Made by a program: the position numbers and the translations under genes
Source: Myxococcota bacterium
GTDB taxonomy: Bacteria > Myxococcota_A > SURF-8
DNA length: 64,000 nucleotides
Assembly: GCA_965140415.1 (NCBI GenBank)
Contig: OZ223209.1
Location: forward strand, 5,248,001-5,312,000
Reading direction: 5' to 3'
The notes under the pieces: model-generated
What the model was told of the DNA's origin: nothing
Databases searched by the model: none
The model's input: only the letters and a program-made list of their open reading frames with translations
Shown here: in pieces, positions 57,060 to 64,000 of the stretch
Numbering within the stretch: position 1 is the first letter of the stretch
Layout: each line of letters begins with the position of its first letter

Positions 57060-57362
57060 TTATTCGCCGCTGGGGCTGCCGCAAACAGACTTGAGCTCTG
57101 CGCAATCTTTCTCGACGATGCACTGGGACATGTCCTGGTTGATCTCGTCTGCTTCATCGCAGGAGGTCTTGCAGTTTTCGGACCATTGCAGATCCAACAC
57201 GCCGTCCCCACCGTTTTCGGGCTGGTCGCATTCCATCAGCTTCACGCAGGCTTTCTTGCAATCTTCACGATTGGGATCGCCACAACCGCTTGCCAACAGC
57301 AAGGAGAGCAATATGGCCATCACAACGAGCTTGAGAGTCAACAAGCGGCTATTTTTCTTCAT
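57060..57362 (-). CDS. Small 8-Cys lipoprotein
   Basis: AAGGAG RBS, lipobox ASGC, CxxAC-x5-C..CxxxC..C-x5-C..C. Confidence 0.78.
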   Translation of the reverse strand: MKKNSRLLTLKLVVMAILLSLLLASGCGDPNREDCKKACVKLMECDQPENGGDGVLDLQWSENCKTSCDEADEINQDMSQCIVEKDCAELKSVCGSPSGE

Positions 57363-57532
57363 TCGCCTTCTCCTTCAAACGAAGGGAACCACCCGGCTTG
57401 TTCCCGCAGCATGTCCCCAAAAACGGCCCCAGCACAACTGGAAGCAACGACAATCGCACCGATTATTAACCGATTACACCGGTTTAGTCAAGAATTTCAG
57501 CTAAGTTCAATTCTCGAAGCAGCGTCTGTCGT

Positions 57533-57853
57533 CTAATAATCCCAGCTACATCCCATGATCGCGTCGCACTCGGACGATTCAATGCAAAGCAGCGTTTCGT
57601 AATCGAAATATTGCAACTGGTTGCAACGCTGTTCGCAGTCAGTCAGGAAATTACCCTCAGCCAATTCCTCAATACAATCCGCCAACTTCTGGCAGGCATC
57701 CTTGCAGCGCTGTTCATCGCGCTGACCGCTGGTCGGATAGGAGTCGGTGGGGTCATTATCACTGCTGTTATCGCCGCAAGCGCTGAAACTAAGTGCCAAA
57801 ACGAGCATAAGCGCCACCAACAACCCGAACATCAGGCTTGAGCTCTTCTTCAT
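57533..57853 (-). CDS. Small 8-Cys lipoprotein (paralog)
   Basis: AGGAGAG RBS, lipobox FSAC, same Cys spacing as 57060. Confidence 0.78.
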   Translation of the reverse strand: MKKSSSLMFGLLVALMLVLALSFSACGDNSSDNDPTDSYPTSGQRDEQRCKDACQKLADCIEELAEGNFLTDCEQRCNQLQYFDYETLLCIESSECDAIMGCSWDY

Positions 57854-58020
57854 CCAACTCTCTCCTTTCAGAAGTCCAATCGAGGACTGAGTTTCCACCA
57901 CTTCTGAACTAGATTGACTAGCACGAGATTCCGCAGGCTGTCAAGATCATTCGAATATAATTTATAGAAGGGGAAGGAATTCCGGCGTCAGAAAAAGCAG
58001 TTCAACAGCGCGAAATCGGT

Positions 58021-59118
58021 TCAATTCGACGGCAACATGCCTCGATCCAGGTAACGGTCGATAATCACAGACGATTCTTTGGTCAGCAATTCCCTGGCCG
58101 CCAACATGCGCGACACAATGAAATCCATGCGCACGATTCGAACGACGGGAGTGGCTACCGTCGCCGTGCTGGCCCGTACCAACACACCGACCAGAATTCC
58201 CTGCTCATTGAACACACCGGAGCCGCTCATGCCCAGCGCCGCCGTGCCCGTTACGATGAATTCCGCTTCCGGATCGTAGGCAATGCCGCCCTCTTCATCT
58301 CCAGCCTCACGCAGCGCCGCCAGTGCAGCGTCGATTTGCGCATCGGACAAGACCTGCCCCACACTGAACACCATGTGATCGGTATAGACGTCGCTGTTGG
58401 GAAAACCGATCAGCAGAACGCGCTCCCCGATTTTGACATCGGCGTAAGTCGGTGACTGACTGGCGCGCTGTAATGGATCGTAGAAATCCGGACTTTGTGG
58501 CTGAATCCCTGAAACATCCTGCGGAATCAGCGGACTGGCAATGGTTTGCGAATCGACGGCCAAGGCGAAATAGTCGTGTCGTGGCAAGATGTTGGCATAG
58601 CCATCCAGCGTCATCGCGCCGGGAATATCCGGCTGAAAGAGCATAAAACTGGCAGAAGCCATCCCTTTGGGCTGTGCCGAGCCGGTTTGAACCAGGAAAC
58701 TGAAGTCGAAGCCACTCTGCTCTTCGGGATTGTATAGGGTCAACGGAATATCCGTGCCCACCGCTTCTCCGAAGCGGCGAAGCACATGCGCGGCGGAAAG
58801 CAGCAGCGCCGTTTGGGATTCGGTGTTCCGGCTCCAGATCGAAGCGCTGCCGGAATAGCCTTTGACAACCCGACCATAGACGGCCTCCACCCATTCGTAG
58901 CAGGCATTGCCTGGAGCGTTCAAAAGAGCTGAAACCGCAAATACACCATTGATATCACTGCAATTACTTGGCAATGCGTCAGCGGAAAACGGGATGTTGG
59001 TCGAAACCGTCTGCCCGGCTTCGCTTTCGTGACAGGCAACAGATCCCGCGCACATCGCCAGTGCAACCAGCACCGGCACGATCCATTGCCATAGCTTTTT
59101 ACCAAAACCCGATTTCAT
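58021..59118 (-). CDS. Lipoprotein with divergent trypsin-like serine protease domain
   Basis: Lipobox SVAC; LSAAHV, HDYF, IGFP, GMSGSGVF. Confidence 0.72.
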   Translation of the reverse strand: MKSGFGKKLWQWIVPVLVALAMCAGSVACHESEAGQTVSTNIPFSADALPSNCSDINGVFAVSALLNAPGNACYEWVEAVYGRVVKGYSGSASIWSRNTESQTALLLSAAHVLRRFGEAVGTDIPLTLYNPEEQSGFDFSFLVQTGSAQPKGMASASFMLFQPDIPGAMTLDGYANILPRHDYFALAVDSQTIASPLIPQDVSGIQPQSPDFYDPLQRASQSPTYADVKIGERVLLIGFPNSDVYTDHMVFSVGQVLSDAQIDAALAALREAGDEEGGIAYDPEAEFIVTGTAALGMSGSGVFNEQGILVGVLVRASTATVATPVVRIVRMDFIVSRMLAARELLTKESSVIIDRYLDRGMLPSN

Positions 59119-59152
59119 TTGCTATACCGGTTCTCAATCATTTCCAGCCACT

Positions 59153-59287
59153 AATGTGTGCCATAGTCTTACGCGATCGAAGATCGTGGAAGGCTGTGTG
59201 TCTTCAATAAGTTACACACGGCCTCCCGGAACTTCCATTCCGTGAGACCATGGCACATCGTGATTACTCGATGGTCAGAAATGAGTA
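59153..59287. repeat. REP family C doublet, copy 2
   Basis: 131/135 identical to 46767-46901. Confidence 0.88.
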
Positions 59288-59441
59288 ATATCTGTTCTAA
59301 GCACTCCCATTTCATCGCGTTTTCCAGCCGAGACGGTTATCGGTCACACTGGAAGTGACTTTGTTTTCATCGGTGTACGCCATCACAGGGAGACTGTCAA
59401 GTTGCTTTGAACGTTGTGAAACGAATCGGCCACCCACAGAT

Positions 59442-59528
59442 GGGTGATATGGGCTAAGCGACGAGAAACGGAGCTTGCCCATGTGGCTCTCGAACACGGG
59501 CAAACCTGCGGTTTAGCCCGCGCCACCC
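59442..59528. repeat. REP family D doublet
   Basis: GGGTG..ATGGGC..GCCCAT followed by an inverted CGGGC..GCCCG-CGCCACCC unit; the 3' 56 bp match 29441-29496. Confidence 0.75.
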
Positions 59529-59652
59529 GGAACTCAGACAGATTTTCAATAGTTGATGATGCTCCCAAAACGAATCGGCCACCCACGAATTGTCGCGAGT
59601 GGCCGATTGACCGGAACAATGGGGTCGGGGTTGTTAACCCGTGGCGAGACCC

Positions 59653-61116
59653 TTACTTGTTGCGGAAGGCGATAAAGAGCGCCATGCGGTTGCGGTTGAC
59701 GAGCATCCGCACGGTTTTCCCTTTCTTGATCTTCTTCATGATTTTGACGAAATGCTCGGGACTTTTCACGATTACACTATTGACTTTGCGAACCACGTCG
59801 CCCGGACGCAGACCCGCCGAAGCGGCTGGAGAATCCATCTCGATGCGTGTGATCAATGCGCCCTTCCCGTCTGAAATACCAAGTCTTTTCTGGATCTTAG
59901 GATCGGGAGAGGTCACATGCATGCCCAGTGCGTTATATCCGCTGTCACCCGGTTGCAGATCGCCCATGGCTTCCTCGTCGGAATCGGGCATCCGACCGAG
60001 AGTCAGGGAGAGTGAAATCGTTTTCTTGTCCCGCCAGACCTCCAGCTTGACTTTCGTACCGACTCCGGCGGTGGAAGCGTACCAGGTCAGATCGGAGTAG
60101 GTTTTGATATCCTTGCCGTCGAATTTCAGGATGACGTCTTCCGCTTTAAGGCCCGCCTTGTCCGCCGGGCTGTCGGGAACGGTGGCCGCCACCAGTGCGC
60201 CTTTAGCCTCTTTCAAGCCCAGGCTTTCCGCCAGTTCGCTATTGATCTGCTGAATACGAATGCCGATCCAGCTACGCTCCACTTTGCCGGTGACAAGCTG
60301 CGGCAGCAGCGTTTTGGCCATATTGACCGGAATGGCAAAGCCGATGCCCGCGCCCTGCGCAATGGCGGTATTGATACCCACCACTTCACCGTAGATATTC
60401 AAAAGCGGTCCACCGGAGTTTCCGGGATTGATGGAGGCGTCGGTCTGGATGAAATTGGCATAGATATGCCGTCCCGACGGCGTGATGTCCTTGCGGCCCT
60501 TCTGGCTGACGATACCCTGGGTCACTGTCTGCGAAAGCCCCAACGGATTGCCCATGGCCACCACCATGTGGCCGACTTCCAACCGGTCGGAGTCTCCCAA
60601 GACCAGGTAAGGAAGCGGATCGCCGGCTTCGATCTTCACCAGGCCCAAATCGGTGCGTTCGTCGCGCCCGATGATCTTGGCCGGGTATTCCTTACCGTCG
60701 TCAAGCGTAACGGTGATTTCGTCGGCGTCTTCAATCACATGGTTATTGGTCAGGATGTAGCCGTTTTCATTGATGATAAACCCGCTGCCCAGCCCCTGCT
60801 GTTTGAACGGAGAACGGCCCTGCGGCATATTGAAGAAGAAATCGAAGAAATCATCGTAACGCTGGTTACCACGTCCACGCCTGCCAATACCTTTTTCGGT
60901 GGCGATCGAGACCACCGCAGGCAGGGTTTGCGTAACCAAGGCATTCATTTTATTATTAAATTCAGGATTGACGAAAGGCTCGTGATCGCTGTCGGAATCG
61001 GTCCAGATTTTATCGTTGGCGCTGGCGAGATTGGGACTGACGTTTAGTGTATACGCCAGAGCAAGTACGGCGAATAATCCCAGAATCAGTATCGAAATTT
61101 GTCTGGTTCGTTTCAT
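59653..61116 (-). CDS. degP: HtrA/DegP (Do) periplasmic serine protease with two PDZ domains
   Basis: GSGFII, LTNNHV, IQTDASINPGNSGGPL, GIGFAIP, two PDZ domains. The degP versus degQ call is not certain. Confidence 0.9.
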   Translation of the reverse strand: MKRTRQISILILGLFAVLALAYTLNVSPNLASANDKIWTDSDSDHEPFVNPEFNNKMNALVTQTLPAVVSIATEKGIGRRGRGNQRYDDFFDFFFNMPQGRSPFKQQGLGSGFIINENGYILTNNHVIEDADEITVTLDDGKEYPAKIIGRDERTDLGLVKIEAGDPLPYLVLGDSDRLEVGHMVVAMGNPLGLSQTVTQGIVSQKGRKDITPSGRHIYANFIQTDASINPGNSGGPLLNIYGEVVGINTAIAQGAGIGFAIPVNMAKTLLPQLVTGKVERSWIGIRIQQINSELAESLGLKEAKGALVAATVPDSPADKAGLKAEDVILKFDGKDIKTYSDLTWYASTAGVGTKVKLEVWRDKKTISLSLTLGRMPDSDEEAMGDLQPGDSGYNALGMHVTSPDPKIQKRLGISDGKGALITRIEMDSPAASAGLRPGDVVRKVNSVIVKSPEHFVKIMKKIKKGKTVRMLVNRNRMALFIAFRNK

Positions 61117-61234
61117 TCGTAACCTCCTTCAGGACAAAACAGTTCGTCGCTATCTGCCTGATACAAACAGACTCGCCCCCTATTATATTCCCGATTTTCA
61201 GGACAAATACAGAAATGGAAAATCGACGCGACGG

Positions 61235-61903
61235 TCAGTCGGAACCTTCGGGAATCAGATCTTCGATGGCTTTCAGATCCGCCGAATCAAGTTCTTCCAT
61301 CGGTTTTTCAAGCTCTTTTTTACGCTGAATGCTCTTTCCCGACTTACGCATTTCTCGGATGACGGGATTGTGTTTACTGGAACCGGCCTTGTTTCGAATC
61401 GACTTGGCTTTCTTCTTCAGGCTCTTTTGAAGATCGTCCGCACCGTCTTTCAAGCGATCTTCCAGATCCTCCGCACCATCCTTGACGTCGTCTATTGCAT
61501 CCTGGCCCGTGGACCAGATGCTTTTTCTGGCTTTCTTGAGCCATTTGATACTGGCTTTATGGCTGGGCTGGAACAAATCCGTTCCGATCAGACGATCCAG
61601 GTGCTCGAAAGTCGTGCGCCCTTCAATGTCCACCGATCCACAAAACAGAAAGAGAAGAATCGCCACCAGACTCCAGAACAAAATACGGCGAATTCGTCCT
61701 TTTTTGGGGGCGGCAGCACTGTTCTTCTGCTTGGATTTCGCCTTGGGTTCGCTTTTCTTTTTGGCTTTCGGCTTGCTTTTGCTTTTCGGCTTTTCAGCGG
61801 AAGCAGATGCTTTTCCGCCGGAATCGGATGGACCTTTTTTGGGCGTCGCTTTCTTTTTGGCGGGACTTGCCGCCGCTCCGTTTTTCTCTGACTTCTCACT
61901 CAT
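61235..61903 (-). CDS. Single-TM hypothetical protein with Lys/Ala/Pro-rich N-terminus
   Basis: Basic low-complexity N-terminus, one TM, charged helical C-terminus; 2 nt from the upstream gene. Confidence 0.65.
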   Translation of the reverse strand: MSEKSEKNGAAASPAKKKATPKKGPSDSGGKASASAEKPKSKSKPKAKKKSEPKAKSKQKNSAAAPKKGRIRRILFWSLVAILLFLFCGSVDIEGRTTFEHLDRLIGTDLFQPSHKASIKWLKKARKSIWSTGQDAIDDVKDGAEDLEDRLKDGADDLQKSLKKKAKSIRNKAGSSKHNPVIREMRKSGKSIQRKKELEKPMEELDSADLKAIEDLIPEGSD

Positions 61904-61905
61904 GG

Positions 61906-63852
61906 TTACAGCTCGTAGCGCAGCATCAGATACGCCTGGTCGTTATTGGAATAGCGCCCGAATAAGGTATCTTTGCTGTCGTTGTTGGCGTTGTAGCGGT
62001 CAAAGCCCTGCGGCTCTTTCGACCAGCTTTCAAGAATCATCGAACCGAGGATGATACTCAGGTTCTGCACCGGTCGCACCGTAGCCCGGAAAACGAAAAC
62101 GGTGTCCTTTGTGTTGAAGTTGGTGGTGTTGACGAACTCGAATTCCAGGTCGTCATCCAAAAAACCAAAGCGGATCGTAGTGTTCAAACCGAGGTTGATA
62201 TCATTATTGAACATCAGGGGCTCGTCGTCCGGTACGCCGTAAAGCACGTTCTGGTAGAATTCCAGGTTGATGAACAGCGTGGAAAGCGGTCCCTGATCCG
62301 TCTTCATGTAATCGATGCCTAACGCACTGGCCTGCGTGTGATAGGTGCGTGGCAGCATGTTCTGGGTGTAATAGAGGGCGTCGAAAGTCGCTCCATGTTC
62401 GAGCTTGATTCCGAATTCCCACAACGACGCGCCGAACTCGAACGCAAGCGAATGCTTCCGCTTGTATTCGGACAGGATCAAGTCTTCCAGGCTTTCACCG
62501 TTATTCAAGCGTGCGATCAAATCCTGGGCGTACCCGTTGATCAGGCCAGTTTCGTTTCGGGCGATGGCCTCCGCAAAAGCGCGCACTTCCGGGTCGAAAG
62601 TCGCAGTAGGCAGCGCATCGTAACCGTACCAGTAAGACAGGCCGAAGTCGCAGCCGGATTTGCTGCCGCTGAAACGCGCTCCGATCTGGGAATTGACGGG
62701 ATTGGCGTCCACCGATTTGGTGGTGACGAATTCCGGGTTGTAGCCGCCGGTTTTGCTTTTATTGATGTAGCTGTTCAGATCGGGCAATGGATGAGTGGTC
62801 TGACCGTACATCGAGCCATAGCGGAAAAGGGAAAAATCGCCGCCGTACAAATCGACCGGCGGACTGACGAAGAAAGGAATCCAGACGATTTCGAAATTCA
62901 GGTCCGATACCGTCCCGATGGCGCGGATGGCCGGTTCGGGCATGCGGCTGCCGGAAATGTCCGACCAGTAATAGGCGCGAATATCACGCGGGTTGACGCG
63001 GTTGGAGGGACTCATGTTGGTCAGGGTTCCCCAGGAAACGATCTGATTTCCCACGCGCAACTGGATCGGGCCATTGAAATAGTCCAGGTACATTTCTCGC
63101 GGTTCGATAAAGAATTCGTGCCGGTAATTACGACCGTTGAAAATGATGGTGGGATAGTCTTCGTTGCGTTTACCCACGGTGAAATATTCCGCATACGCTT
63201 CCAGGTAGACCTGCACGTCTTCATGCAGTTTCAATCGCGTCCAGAATTCGAAACTGGAGCGGAAATCGATCACGTCTTCGGTGCCGACGGCTTCCGGTGT
63301 GGAGTTGGCGGTTTCACGGATTAGCGTATATTCGTTTCGCAGATCGAATCCCAACCGGGCGCGGAATTCGCCACCGTATTCCACCTCGGGACGCCAGCCT
63401 GCTTCCACCTGCGCGGCAGCAGGCAGATCGGCCACTTCCGCCGCAGGCGGCAGGGCGAATTCCGGATCGACAAAGACATCCGCCTGCTCGGTTTCAGCGG
63501 GTGCGCTTGGTTGCTCAACGGCAGGCGCAACCGGTTCCGGCGATGCTGCCGGTTGCTCAGCAGGTTTCGGTTCTACAGCGGGTGTTGGTTCCGCTTGCGG
63601 TTCAGCAGCAACGGGTTCGGCCACCGGCTCCGCTTCAGGCTCCTGCACCGGTTGTTCGACCACCGGAGTCGGCGCGGTCACTGGCGCCTGGCTTTCATCC
63701 ACAACCTGTTCGTCGGGCGTGATAAACGGGTCCACGATCAGCATGGGCGCGTCGTCCGTCTGCGCCTGCGCAGATGCAACCGATAGAGACAAGAACGACG
63801 AACCGACCAGCCAGGCCGCAACAACAATAAGCACCACGAAACTTCGAGTCAT
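61906..63852 (-). CDS. Outer-membrane beta-barrel, DUF1302-like, with Pro/Ala/Glu-rich N-terminal linker
   Basis: Signal peptide, REMYLDY, LRVGNQIVSWG, NP.D, C-terminal FGRYSNNDQAYLMLRYEL. Confidence 0.7.
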   Translation of the reverse strand: MTRSFVVLIVVAAWLVGSSFLSLSVASAQAQTDDAPMLIVDPFITPDEQVVDESQAPVTAPTPVVEQPVQEPEAEPVAEPVAAEPQAEPTPAVEPKPAEQPAASPEPVAPAVEQPSAPAETEQADVFVDPEFALPPAAEVADLPAAAQVEAGWRPEVEYGGEFRARLGFDLRNEYTLIRETANSTPEAVGTEDVIDFRSSFEFWTRLKLHEDVQVYLEAYAEYFTVGKRNEDYPTIIFNGRNYRHEFFIEPREMYLDYFNGPIQLRVGNQIVSWGTLTNMSPSNRVNPRDIRAYYWSDISGSRMPEPAIRAIGTVSDLNFEIVWIPFFVSPPVDLYGGDFSLFRYGSMYGQTTHPLPDLNSYINKSKTGGYNPEFVTTKSVDANPVNSQIGARFSGSKSGCDFGLSYWYGYDALPTATFDPEVRAFAEAIARNETGLINGYAQDLIARLNNGESLEDLILSEYKRKHSLAFEFGASLWEFGIKLEHGATFDALYYTQNMLPRTYHTQASALGIDYMKTDQGPLSTLFINLEFYQNVLYGVPDDEPLMFNNDINLGLNTTIRFGFLDDDLEFEFVNTTNFNTKDTVFVFRATVRPVQNLSIILGSMILESWSKEPQGFDRYNANNDSKDTLFGRYSNNDQAYLMLRYEL

Positions 63853-63887
63853 AAGGATACTCCCACCGGGTTAGGCGTCGAGCAGGA

Positions 63888-64000
63888 TTAGAGTTTGGTC
63901 ATGCGCTCTTTGGTGAAATCCGCCGCGTCGAGCTTCGATTTCGTATTGATGTTGGTCAAGTACAGGCGCGTGGCTTTCTTGTTCTGAACGTTGAGCATGG
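63888..64000 (-). CDS. 3' end of a probable LolA-like outer-membrane lipoprotein-sorting protein
   Basis: Hand translation MLNVQNKKATRLYLTNINTKSKLDAADFTKERMTKL*; resembles the T.L..N..L...FT.R.L ending of LolA-like proteins, which often sit beside DUF1302 genes. Confidence 0.55.
   Translation of the reverse strand, partial: MLNVQNKKATRLYLTNINTKSKLDAADFTKERMTKL

Noticed and set aside
2641-63874. Many long antisense and alternate-frame ORFs in the track (e.g. 7051-8001, 8579-9613, 41978-43102, 62338-63324)
   Set aside because: They overlap well-supported genes, lack motifs, and are expected shadows of GC-rich, repetitive coding sequence.

Overview
A 64 kb GC-rich bacterial chromosome segment. 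It most resembles a Deltaproteobacteria/Myxococcota-like lineage, inferred from MYXO-CTERM-like tails and Cys-rich lipoproteins. Housekeeping islands are an Rrf2-octaheme OTR-multiheme cytochrome operon, hsp20-hsp20/htpG, cdd-deaminase-hpt salvage genes, tRNA-Phe, mnmG, birA plus a biotin carrier, and degP. Between them lie many secreted or lipid-anchored proteins built from DGD acidic linkers and disulfide-rich modules, carrying protease, phosphatase, glycosidase or lectin-fold domains. There is one IS4-family element and at least four families of REP-like palindromes. Main leads: (1) a probable -1 frameshift (GCA AAG) joining cytidine deaminase to a purine-nucleoside deaminase that has no nearby start codon; (2) a VWA-DUF1566 lipoprotein with a DGR variable-region codon signature, flanked by a 51-bp direct repeat of the htpG terminator; (3) a window-wide DGD surface-protein tag plus C-terminal sorting tails; (4) a carboxyltransferase lacking its catalytic residues but retaining a biotinyl domain; (5) an IS4 joining halves of two different REPs. 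No CRISPR, reverse transcriptase or integrase is visible. All calls come from reading motifs by eye; no database searches were run.
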